The notes under the pieces were generated by a model. The model saw only the letters and a list, made by a program, of their open reading frames with translations. It made no database searches and had not been told where the DNA came from. From Psilocybe cubensis (lineage: Eukaryota), in NCBI GenBank assembly GCA_017499595.2, contig CM039001.1, forward strand, positions 124,001 to 188,000: a DNA stretch of 64,000 bases. The letters are read 5' to 3'. The position numbers and the translations under genes are program-made. Positions 1 through 10,670 of the stretch are shown piece after piece; positions within the stretch are counted from its first letter, which is position 1; every line of letters begins with the position of its first letter.

Positions 1-98
1 ACGATGGAAGACTAATTGAAAAAAAGTATAAAGAGAACGCAGATATCTTGAGTACGGACAAAGCGTTGCACCTCCTCATCCCTCTTCAAACCATCACA

Positions 99-634
99 AT
101 GTTCTCCTCCAAACACCTCTTGTGAGTTGTTAGTCACCAATCAGGCCCTATACACAAGTCTCACATTGAAATTAGCTCAGCGCTCTTCATGCTCGTCGCA
201 AACCTCAGCATGGTCCTCGGACAATATAGCATTTCCGCACCCACACTCGAAGTCCCTATCGGGCGCAAATTCACAGTCTCATGGACATCAGGCAACGGCG
301 TCAACGACCCACAAAACCTAGACATTTGCCTGAACACCGACACCGAGTTCCTCCATCTCGCTTCCATCGCGAGGAACAACGCGGCTTCTGGGTCTGTTGA
401 CGTCGTTGTGGATGATAGCATCCTCCCAGGGTACGTATCGGCTAGCTATAAGAAACCATTGAGCTTGCACAGATTGATGGGATGAAAATACAGGACATAC
501 ACATTGGGTCTTCGGTTCCCTGGTTGCTCGTACGTCACCAAATCTCTATCTCACTTAATGGGTGCTCGGCTGACATACGTCAAAGGTTCTTGATGGCGCA
601 GCAATTCAACGACTTTGTTGTTACTTCGCCGTAA
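99..634 (+). CDS. Small secreted protein, Kre9/Knh1-like N-terminal domain (3 introns)
   Basis: Spliced by eye: MFSSKHLFSALFMLVANLSMVLG-QYSISAP...FTVSWTSG...LDICL...GSVDVVV...PGTYTLGL...FVVTSP*. Hydrophobic signal peptide and GT-AG introns. The F(T)VSWT...G.Y.L pattern is typical of this fungal family. Confidence 0.65.
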
Positions 635-2557
635 GCATCCACTATTATGATAACAGCAATACTGTACTCACCAGTCCAAAGTTCCTGTGGGGTCACCCCA
701 AGAGCCTTCGCGTCGTAAGAGAACAATTTCCCGTCGTAAAATCTTTCTGACACATTACAGGAGAGTTTCCAGAGAACCAGTCGTCTAAACTGAACGTCGA
801 TCTTCAACCGGCTTTTGATGGCCAACTAATGATGGCGCAATGAATCATAAGAATGAATGACGAGTTGAAATATGAAATTTGTATCTACCGACTGAATTTC
901 CACCATTTTTATAAGTAACGATTATCCCTGCGCATTTTGGAAGTGTTATCCGTGTGGGATCGCCTGCTACGAGACTCCGAGTCGAAGATGGGAATTCGAC
1001 CACAGTTAGAGCGAACAGGAAAATCCACTCACGGCATTCATTGAAACACAGTAGTACCACCATATTCAATGTTTTACTCTCGTCTCCCGCCCATTCTCAC
1101 TCCGCACATCCAGACCTCGTTCCATCGTCAGATATATGCAATATTCAGCGGGTAATTGAAAGGCTGGAAGTAAACAATTCTAGCTGTCAGCTATGATCGT
1201 AGAGTAGGGCTTATGTCACTTACCAACTTTGAATCCAACTTTCGGACATCTTTCCCAACAGCATATACGTGCTTCATTGTACGTGAATCGCCTTCCCCGC
1301 GTCATGTTTTGTCCGTGCCTAGGAGATGAAATGAGAAGCGCGTGTATATGCGATCTCAGTGTCGTGCCCATTGCGCCATTTTGCTTTCAGGAACTTGTGA
1401 GTTGGAACCAGGATTGAATAGCGAGGCTGGCCTAACGTAGACGCGCTCCATACATGGATGACTTCCTCGAGAGTGGCTGGGTCGCTGAGGGGCGTTCGGA
1501 ATTGAGTCTCTGGAGCACTAGGATGGTGAGTGGCTGGCTCAGAGGGTGAAGTTGAGGAATTATAAGCAAGGTCGTGGAACTGGGAGCACATTCTGTGTTA
1601 TGCGGAAGAGTAAACACGAGTCATGACAAAAACACACCTTGCTATGATCTCCCATTCTCCAAAGCGCAAGCGCAAGATGTACACCTGCATGTTTGTTGCC
1701 ACACGGTATAGAAACAGCCATCGGTATCGTAGTCGTGGCATTGCAGCATAGGGGCGAAGGGATGGGTATGTTGGGGGCAAGCATGTTTATGAGGCGAAAG
1801 GCCGACACATTTCGATGATGTCGAAGGACGATTCTGTGACGCGTTGCGGTATGATGTGAATGGAATACATAGCTGCTGACGGTATATGTAAGTGACGAAC
1901 CATCTAGGAAAAAGGATGGTTACCTTGGACTACCTTCGTCAAGCTGCTGCAGGCTGGCGATGAGAATGCTGTCCTAGTCGCGTTGCGCAAAAATGGTTCA
2001 ATGAGGTAGTGATGGCACAATCATGCCCACTGAGGTAGTTTGATCGCTGCATGTCTGAGAGGTAAGGACCATATTCGACGAGATTCGATGTTGAACGAGG
2101 GTAGCAAAATTGCGCTCGGGCGTCGCTCGGCTAAGTCTGCTCGGCTTTATCCGGTCCTTCAATTTCTCACGAGCGACTAGGGGACATGAGAGGGTGGTGT
2201 AGAAAGTGTCGCCGACTAGATGGGCTGGGAGAGGTAGGAATGGCTGAATGGGGGTGGCTAAGTGGAAGGGATGTGGCTCGATAGAGGGGAGGTCACTATT
2301 CAAGGGAATAGAGAGACAGATCAATGATCCGTATTCCAAAGAATCTTGTATTCCAGGCCCCCCGAGACTACGGTTCCGTAAGCTGAGACGCAGTAAATGC
2401 TTTGGTTTCTGGCTGTAATAGTTTTATGCTTCTTTCTAGGCTCTAAGTACTTGCCGTATATTAGTCATCACTTTGATGTCCTGATTTTTTTATTCGGGGA
2501 CTAGCAAATCGCAATTGTGAATATGGCAGAGGAAAGGCGAATCATCACAGAAGCTAG

Positions 2558-2584
2558 AACCAACTAGCACCATTCTCGCTGACA
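2558..2584 (+). promoter_or_regulatory. 27-bp block conserved upstream of all three family A genes
   Basis: AACCAACTAGCACCATTCTCGCTGACA is identical at 2558, 3364 and 4070, each preceded by TTATTCGGG..CTAGCAAA. Confidence 0.55.
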
Positions 2585-2739
2585 CCCAATCAGATACATA
2601 AAGTTTTATCCAGACTATCGTTAAAGTATATTATAATTCAGGCAAACCCACCTACAGCTCCTTGCCATTGCCTGACGGAGGACCAATCCACAAAGTGCAT
2701 CCTCCATACTCATAGAAACTCTTAAATACCCTCGTTATC

Positions 2740-3045
2740 ATGTGGTCTTCGTTAATCTTCACCCTCATCACAATATCTACACTCCTGGTCCAATGTGCGG
2801 CCTTGCCAGTGTCTGAAGACTTAATATCTCGACTCACCGATCCTGCATCTACCAAGCACACTGACGGCCTCGCACTCCATGCTGCGGAGCCTAATCCCGT
2901 ACTCAAGCCCCAATTCGCCTATCCTTCTCAGTCGTCAGGCGTTAGCACTCCTGTATATAGCCAGAACACCCACAGATCAGATGAATCGTATCGGTCGCAC
3001 GTCGGACAGGGAATAATTGGTGGAAGTGTGGGCGGTATACGGTGA
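2740..3045 (+). CDS. Small secreted peptide precursor, family A copy 1
   Basis: Signal peptide ending CAA-LP; AAEPNPVLKP-QF motif; clear paralogue of the 3580 and 4299 genes. Confidence 0.75.
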   Translation: MWSSLIFTLITISTLLVQCAALPVSEDLISRLTDPASTKHTDGLALHAAEPNPVLKPQFAYPSQSSGVSTPVYSQNTHRSDESYRSHVGQGIIGGSVGGIR

Positions 3046-3579
3046 TAGACAGGTGGTAGATACAAATAAGTCAGTTAGTTAGCTTTGTTTTGTGCGGAAG
3101 GAAACGAGGAACAAAGGTGAAGGAGGAAGAAATTATGTCTAATGGATCATGTGAAGCGTGATCTATGCGTCAAATGTGTATATATATTATATAAGGCTTA
3201 GCTCCGGGAGGCTTTCAATTGGCATGAGATACCTTTGTATCAGAGATATGGCCCATAAGTATTGCACGAGGTTTCACGTCGAACGAGGTTGGAGGGAAAG
3301 GGTGACAAGATCTACGCTCGCTCGACTTATTCTTTATTCGGGACTAGCAAAAGAAATATATAAAACCAACTAGCACCATTCTCGCTGACAACATACCCCT
3401 ATCATTCAATGTAATAAACAACAAGTTTATATTGCGTCAAATGATAATATAATCTCCATACGCTCACCTCCAGCTCTTGCAGTCAACTAAATTTCCTGAC
3501 CCAGGTATGTATCTTCAAACCACTAATCCAAATGAACCATCTTCAATACTAACAAACTCACTTCAAGACCTTCATTATC

Positions 3580-3849
3580 ATGTGGTATTTGTCACTCATG
3601 GCCCTTCTCGCAATATCAACACTACTGTCCCACTGTGCAGCCTTGCCAGTGTCCAAAGAACGGCTTGACGACTCCCCCAGTACACTGACATCGAACATCG
3701 TACCCCCGAACCTATCCCCACACCAAATCATCAATCCGCCTATCCACTACAAGCGTCAGGGTGTTCGCATTAGCGTGGGCACACCAGTCATCGTTGCAGG
3801 TACTATATATCAGGGGTCTCCCGGACAGGGAATAGTCGGCACGAAGTAG
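3580..3849 (+). CDS. Small secreted peptide precursor, family A copy 2
   Basis: Signal peptide MWYLSL...HCAA-LP; KR followed by the 30-aa QGVRISVGTPVIVAGTIYQGSPGQGIVGTK. Confidence 0.75.
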   Translation: MWYLSLMALLAISTLLSHCAALPVSKERLDDSPSTLTSNIVPPNLSPHQIINPPIHYKRQGVRISVGTPVIVAGTIYQGSPGQGIVGTK

Positions 3850-4298
3850 CAGTTTTCGTGTTTAGGATGACCTCTAAATTTGAGCAGTATCTCAATTTAA
3901 GATTCGACATCAACTTTTATCCAAATAATCAGCGTCTCTACGTTGTACAAATACCTGCATTCCGCGGAAAAGGCTTATCAGCAACCTGATTCAAAGGATG
4001 TTCTAAAACCATGTCTTATTCGTTATTCGGGAACTAGCAAATGGCAATCCAAATTATCAGAGATGCTAGAACCAACTAGCACCATTCTCGCTGACAACAT
4101 AGCTGTATGATTAACCCAGATAAATGGCATGTTCATTGCATCGTCAAAGGTCAGCATAATCTTGCAAACCCAGCTACAGCTTCAGTCGATTGAATCGCCA
4201 CACAGGTATGTAGCACCCACCTTCAAACCAATGCTCCCCCACCGATCCCATTATTCCATCTTCTATGTTAACGAGCGTGTTTGAAGATCCACATTATC

Positions 4299-4610
4299 AT
4301 GTGGTCGTCGTCGCTCATCACCCTCCTCGCCATATCCACACTGCTGGCCCACTGCGTGGCCTTACCAGTGTCCGAGAACGAATTATCCCGACTCGACAGC
4401 GACAGCAACACCGACTCCGCTATCACACACTCCACGTCCACCAAGCACGCCGACGAGCTCGTACTCCGCGACGCCGAGCCTGATCCCGCACCAAAACCTC
4501 AGTTCAGCTATCCCTACCGACCGTTTGGTGTAAGCATATATGGGAGCTACGGCCCATATTCAAAACAGGGATCCGTGGTGAGCTTAGGGGGGTTAAGCCA
4601 CCATTGGTAG
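4299..4610 (+). CDS. Small secreted peptide precursor, family A copy 3
   Basis: ATG at 4299 aligns with the paralogues; signal peptide; LR-DA-EP-DP-AP-KP-QF. Confidence 0.75.
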   Translation: MWSSSLITLLAISTLLAHCVALPVSENELSRLDSDSNTDSAITHSTSTKHADELVLRDAEPDPAPKPQFSYPYRPFGVSIYGSYGPYSKQGSVVSLGGLSHHW

Positions 4611-5367
4611 CCGAGCGACTTTGCCCAGTTTTTCGATGTATGATGTAAACAATAAACATGGCGCCTACAGCAACTCGCTGACTATATAATACATTGATCA
4701 AAAACCCTTTTCAAATACAAGACAACCTATTTTAATACTTCCAGTGGGCGGGTACCGTTCAATTAAAATGGGCGAACTGGATGATGATATCGTAAAGTAT
4801 CATTGGAAGAATTGGTGTGACCAATAGTGCAGATATATCCCTTTTCTTGTTTTCTTCGACCACAACCAGATTATTGTTATTGGAGCCACAATCAACTCTT
4901 CACCAAACACAACAGGTTCAGAGGTGAAGTTGCCTGAAGTCGCCCAATTGTCCCAATGTGCTCGTACATTTAAACCCTACGCATACGAACAGAAGAAGCA
5001 TATAGCAACATGCTATATTCATTCAATTGTGAAAGGAAAAAGCGGTAATTACTTTTTCTTAGTACCTATCGGATATTTGGATTCAAGCCTTCACCGCCAC
5101 CACCCAATAATGAAGGTCTGCTAACACTGTAGTCACCTTTACTTCCACACCTTCTTCAGCATGGATACTCCCATGCATCTTTCTTCAAAATGTATGAGGA
5201 AAGATAAATACTCCAGGATAACTGACTGGGTTAATAAGGACTGACCAGATCATTGACAGAATCTTACAGTAGTATTCCCAAGCACACCTAAGGAAGAACA
5301 TAATTTCTGTTCGGAATCTCTACTCAATCGGAAGGTCCTTGCATTGGCATCAAAGCGCGCGGTTACA

Positions 5368-5486
5368 AGAAGAAAACTAGCTATAAGAAAATATCATTGC
5401 AGTCAAGCAAAGACGTGTAATGATGGGACAAGTAGTTATGGGAAGTATAGACAATGGTATGTACATGATCAGCAATCTTGTTGCTG
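5368..5486. repeat. ~120-bp dispersed direct repeat, copy 1 (copy 2 at 10553-10670)
   Basis: AGAAGAAAACTAGCTATAAGAAAA...GATCAGCAATCTTGTTGCTG is near-identical at both sites. Confidence 0.85.
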
Positions 5487-6000
5487 CTTAAAATAAAAGA
5501 GATCCTAATTAAATGCTCATCTTTAATCAATGACCTAATTACTTCTCCGCTCCAATTTTGCACGGCAAAAAGAGCCGTGATATTGAAGTCTGTCTACGCA
5601 AGGGACCACTGATTTCCACAAGGTGGTTAATATATGGGCTTATCTACGTGAATCCTCGTGCTTACGCTACTTCATGCAACATTTCCATAGTTCGGTTTCA
5701 GTCATTCCAGTTCGGTTCCAGTATTATATCAATGTGCTTGCACCTCTGAGATCTGCCCGAGTGTGACTGTGGAATACTTAGTAGTATACAACTAAAGTAT
5801 GATGTATTTTGATACTAACCCTGGTTATGACTAGCCCCCTTATATCAAAATAAACTAATTTCTTACTCGAGGCGCAATTTAGTGGACAGTGACTAGAGGA
5901 CCATATACATCCGAGAGAGATCACTCTATTTCTATCCTTGTCCACAGACAATCTGTGTCCTATAAAATGTACCCCAGCACAGACTGGGTAATACTTCTAA

Positions 6001-6693
6001 ATGATGTGGCCACCTACTCCTTCACTCTATTTCCTCGAGCTTTTAATTTTGCTCGCACTCACACTCGGCCAGTGTATCCAGCCAATCTCCGCAACCGCCA
6101 TCCTACACTTTCGCAAATCCAACGGCATCATCAATGTTAACCCAGGACCCTTAGATTCATTAATTCCTCCCGGCCTCCTGGCTAATACGAACAATGCCGA
6201 TGGGACGACGTCTTCAGTTCTTGATCGCGGAAGCACTTTAGAACCACTGATTGGCAACATACGTACAGAGAACCTTGGAGGGGTACTCTCTTCAGCTCTA
6301 GCGCCCGGTGCAGTTTCTCGTACAAACCCACTAATAGAGGTCCACGTCCATGTTGACAAGAACGAGGACGAGGACTCGTCTAGCAACTCCATCGACTCTG
6401 AAGACGTCTATGTCTACGTTAACCTCCATGTTATTGACGATGAGGAAGAAGTCGATAGCGAATAGACTGTCTCCTCCTCCGAGTCCACCACAACAACAAA
6501 GATTGTCCACGTCTATGTCAAAGTTGACGAAGGCGACAACAATAATAACGACGATCGTTTGCCTTCCAAAGACGGCTCCGGAGAGTATGAAGAAACTCAA
6601 GTCAACGTTTATATCCATCTAGATGCTGACGACAATGATGATGACGACCATGACGGCAACGTTATCCAGGTTCACGTACACAAGAACTCCTAA
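6001..6693 (+). pseudogene. Secreted acidic repeat protein, family B copy 1, with in-frame TAG at 6463-6465
   Basis: Family B signal peptide (LALTL...QPISAT). The frame stays open past the TAG with the same V-x-V-H/Y-V plus acidic repeats, up to TAA at 6691-6693. Confidence 0.65.
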
Positions 6694-7244
6694 ACTTTTA
6701 CCTGTACGAGAAGCTATTCTGTTTCTGTTGCTGTTAATTTTTTAGTTTTGTTTTTATAATTTTTTCGCTGGTGGGGGCAGTCCGAAATATACTATTCCCG
6801 CCTTTCTGAGGAACCCTCTGCATCTGCAGAAAAAGAAAAAATTCAGTAGTGCTATGGTTGTATAATAGGCTGGGTAGTCTTGTTGACTGCCCCCCTATTT
6901 TATTGCTCCTGTAGCTTCCTACCAAAAGTCAGTAGATTCTGTAGATTTCTTAGTCATATATGTAGCTTTTGTAGTCTTCTGTAATTTTAATAAATAGTAT
7001 AATATTAATCTATAGGTACTACATTGCTAACTATATATTTTTATGCGCAATTTAATATTGAGTAAAAATCATTAATAGGACAGTTGGTATCATTAATATC
7101 TTTATTAGCCATTCTACTCCGTCCAATTAGCTGACTTTGGATAGTAAGCCTCTATTCAGTCTAACAACATATTATACCTCTATCTAACTCTCTTCAACTT
7201 GTCTACTATCAGAATCTGTTAAGTAAATAACAACAGAAAAGATA

Positions 7245-7315
7245 TGGTTAGGACTAGAATCGAACCAATGACTCCCAAGTATGTTGCCAATACTTTACCA
7301 CTGAGCTATATGACC
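7245..7315 (-). pseudogene. Degenerate tRNA-like sequence inside the TIR element
   Basis: Reverse complement GGTCATA-TAGCTCAGTGGTA...GGTTCGATTC...ACCA has an A box and B box at tRNA spacing; stems are mismatched. Confidence 0.65.
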
Positions 7316-7501
7316 TATAAATAGATTGAGAGTTATATGTCAATATCCACTATTGAATCCATTATTTGGACTCTGTGTTGTGTTTGTTAACATTGACATT
7401 AGTATTGTTGTTATTCCACTTATTCTATTCCATCTAATTCCATATCATAAAATCCCATAACTCAATTGACATTTACGCTATAGTCCATATTGTTTTGTAA
7501 A

Positions 7502-7572
7502 GTCTTATGGTCTACTGGTTAAGGACAGTCTATTTTTGGCTAAGGTTGACGGTTCAATCCTTGAGCAGGCCA
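7502..7572 (+). pseudogene. Second degenerate tRNA-like sequence inside the TIR element
   Basis: TGGTCTACTGGTTAAGGAC (D-arm/A box) and GGTTCAATCC (B box), ending GGCCA. Confidence 0.5.
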
Positions 7573-8740
7573 TTTATTTCGCTCGCAGACTACAAAGTCT
7601 ATAAGTATATTGTAAGTACTACTGTATGTTGCATGGGCCTTGATTATATAGTTTCCATAAATTACTGTATATTGTGAATACAATGTATTAAACCTATGTA
7701 ATGAAAATATATTAGATAATGATGTTATGTAAGGCTACTAAGTGCAAAAAAGGCTACTGGAAAGTGTGGTTACTACGGTGTCTACTATAATATAGGTGTG
7801 TACTACTGAAAAAAACCTTTTCCGCTGATGTGTACTCTCTTCAGTGTGCATTTATTCAAACATTGTACACTATAACCAACTGCCTTTATCTATCAACTTT
7901 CAGTTATCTTTCTTTTAGTCAATTCAATTGTCAGCAACAAGGCTCGAGAATTGCCCTGGACAATGATGAATCTTGTTTCTCTATTCTGTTTGCTCATTGT
8001 TCCCTAGTGGGGTCCGTCATTGACTCTATCGTATCCGAACTCTTCGATACACAAAACAGGGTTTGTGGTCTACCTCTTAGTCTAAAAAACTGCAAAACAA
8101 AAACGGTACTTATTAATGTACAGATTATGCAGCATAAAATTGAGAATCGAACATAAATCTCTCATGCTAAAATATAACTTCCATTGGTGATGTTGTGCAA
8201 ATTAATCATGCTGCATTCATCCTATCATAAAAATGGCAGAAAACCATCCCTAGTCGGTGAGTATGCTAGTTTCCCATTTAAACAATCACTGTTGCTAGAC
8301 TAGGTTATCTTTTACTTTCTAGAACAACGTATTAGCGAACTGAGAGCAATGGGAAGGGGAAGGGGAAGGAACCCTCTCTTCACCATTCCGATCTGAACGA
8401 CAATAGAGTGTTGGGCAACAACACTGTTCCCATCACGGTCCTGATCCAGGTAAATTGACGCCGACTAGATCGTTGACAGAACCTTGCTAATAGTGTGCGG
8501 TTTGACAGTAAGCCATATGAAATTCCCATGCACGTCCAAAACAGAACTTGTTCATATCCAGCGTGTATCTCCAGCAGCTTTACGCCATCAATCTCCCATA
8601 AAATTCGCTTTATATATTAGGTACTTTGCAAAATACAACATACAGCTAGGGACCGCACAACCCATCCCACCATCCCACCTCACGCATAAATCATCAAACA
8701 ACAATTCAGATCGTCTCTCCACCCAATATATATGCTCATT

Positions 8741-9337
8741 ATGCTATCTTCCACCCTATATTTCCACCACATTGTGTGTTTAATTGTATTCGCACTCGCA
8801 CTACTCCACGGCACCCGTCCCGTTTATGCAGCTTTCTTGTTACACCGTCGCACCAAATCCGTGCTTGAAGATGCCAAATCCGAGGCCAATGATAATGACG
8901 ACCCCCCTTTTCCGTGCAAGCCTCCCTGTAGGCCTCCTTTCGCCAATGCTGCTGGTGAGCACGTCATCGAAGACCTTGGGGAGGTGGTGACCCCTATCCT
9001 CGGGAGCGTGTTGACAGATCCCCTGCTAGGAGAACGCTCAAACACAGATGCACTCCCAGACTTATTATTTTCGTCTCGCAACAACAACAGTCAATACACC
9101 GATGTATACTTGGAGAGAGAGGTGAATGACCTGGAGGCGGACGTGCCAGTGGAAAATTTAGATATGGAAGAGCTAACGGATGGCCTGGAGCCGGCGGCTA
9201 ACCTGGAGCCGGAGAAGCCAATGAACGGGCACCAGGAGAAGTGCGTGTCAATGACGAGGTCGCGTAAATGCTATTCTTGCGCACCACACATGAATGGCGT
9301 CCGGTGCATTATTGTTCCTAGGTCTCCAATCGTTTAG
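8741..9337 (+). CDS. Secreted protein, family B copy 2
   Basis: Signal peptide ALALLHGTRPVYA; PCKPPC motif; RSNTDALPD shared with the 13224 gene. Confidence 0.7.
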   Translation: MLSSTLYFHHIVCLIVFALALLHGTRPVYAAFLLHRRTKSVLEDAKSEANDNDDPPFPCKPPCRPPFANAAGEHVIEDLGEVVTPILGSVLTDPLLGERSNTDALPDLLFSSRNNNSQYTDVYLEREVNDLEADVPVENLDMEELTDGLEPAANLEPEKPMNGHQEKCVSMTRSRKCYSCAPHMNGVRCIIVPRSPIV

Positions 9338-9935
9338 CTCGTTTATCGTTTACAAATTGTGTATTCCATTTACCGTTTACCTATCCCTCTTTTTTTAATC
9401 TCACAATACCAGTATACTCAAAACAGGCAACGAACTCACCACTGACACCCTGACCCGCCACGGACCCAAAGTCACAGACGCACCGTAACCCCCTCATGTA
9501 ATTCCACCTCCGGATTCATTTGCCTTCACAGTATGTTACGGGGTACCGAGATGAGATAAACGCCCAACTACTATGTCCCCCAACGCATTCCAGTCGCTTG
9601 ATGGGAGATAATCGTGACACGGGGAGCTTGGGGCGGGAGTCACGATCAGTATCAGCGACGACGTATTGGCATTCTGCAAAGCTCGATTCGATAAAACACG
9701 TGACGAAGCGATCTCCGCTCTAATTCTGCACGGCACAGACCGTTGGCGCCGTGCGCGCTGCTCTTTCTTGGCTTTTGATTTGAAAAATCTCTAGTGAATT
9801 GTCCGTTTTCTTCAATCTGTCTACAGGAAAATTCATGTCGATATTTCCCTATACTCATGGATTTTGCTTCGAATTCATAACTGTCTGGCTCCAACCTATC
9901 AATGTGCTTCCACTTCCGAGAACCGCCACATTGTT

Positions 9936-9983
9936 CATCTGCAGAAAAAGAAAAAATTCAGTAGTGCTATGGTTGTATAATAG
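9936..9983 (+). mobile_element. Solo 48-bp left terminus of the 6821-7830 element
   Basis: Exact match to 6821-6868. Confidence 0.8.
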
Positions 9984-10012
9984 ACCAGTATCATCGCCGA
10001 GTACATAACATT

Positions 10013-10408
10013 ATGTGGCTTTCCTCCACCTCGTTCCCCCATATCGCGGTTTTAATTGCGTTTGCGCTCACACTCTGCCGCAGCACCCACCAAGTCTCCG
10101 CAACCGCACTGCCACACCATCGCCAAACCGCTGCGGACGCGAAAGGCAATTCCAAGGCCAATAGAAATCCAAACATGCCCGCCCCCCCCTGCAAGCCTCC
10201 GTGCATACCTCCCCTTGTTGGCAGCATTCTGGATTCCATCGACAGCCCCATCGTAGCGGTGATATCCAACCCTTCCATAATCAATGTCGAGAAGGGTGTA
10301 GATGGAGTTGGACGTTTAGCCTCTCTAATTCTAAATTCCCGTGCAATAGCTGGTGAAGACAATCACGATGAGAACAATCATAATGTGGACGTTCCCAGAT
10401 GGGTTTGA
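10013..10408 (+). CDS. Secreted protein, family B copy 3
   Basis: Signal peptide LIAFALTLCRSTHQVSATALP; PPCKPPC motif. Confidence 0.7.
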   Translation: MWLSSTSFPHIAVLIAFALTLCRSTHQVSATALPHHRQTAADAKGNSKANRNPNMPAPPCKPPCIPPLVGSILDSIDSPIVAVISNPSIINVEKGVDGVGRLASLILNSRAIAGEDNHDENNHNVDVPRWV

Positions 10409-10552
10409 TGGGTATAATGAGTCATTGACAATAGTTCAATATTGTAATTTTTAACTAGCATTTATTGACAAAGGGTATTAAATGATGTCTTTTAAAAGCG
10501 ATCTCCCACGGTAAGAAATATAGTGACGTTGATTCTACTATCACAAAAAATG

Positions 10553-10670
10553 AGAAGAAAACTAGCTATAAGAAAAATCATTGAAGTCAAGCAAAGACGT
10601 ATCATGATGGTACAGGTAGTTATGGGAAGTATAGGCAGTGGTATGTACATGATCAGCAATCTTGTTGCTG
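10553..10670. repeat. ~120-bp dispersed direct repeat, copy 2
   Basis: Matches 5368-5486. Confidence 0.85.

Larger units (their letters stand above)
6821..7830. mobile_element. Non-autonomous TIR DNA transposon (CATC termini, 2-bp TSD TG; CMC/EnSpm-like)
   Basis: Left end CATCTGCAGAAAAAG.....TTCAGTAGT; right end reverse complement CATCAGCGGAAAAGG.....TTCAGTAGT. TG on both flanks, subterminal GTAG/CTAC repeats, AT-rich interior, no ORF. Confidence 0.7.

Noticed and set aside
1319-2339. Minus-strand ORF fragments
   Set aside because: Could not assemble a coherent spliced gene or identify a motif.
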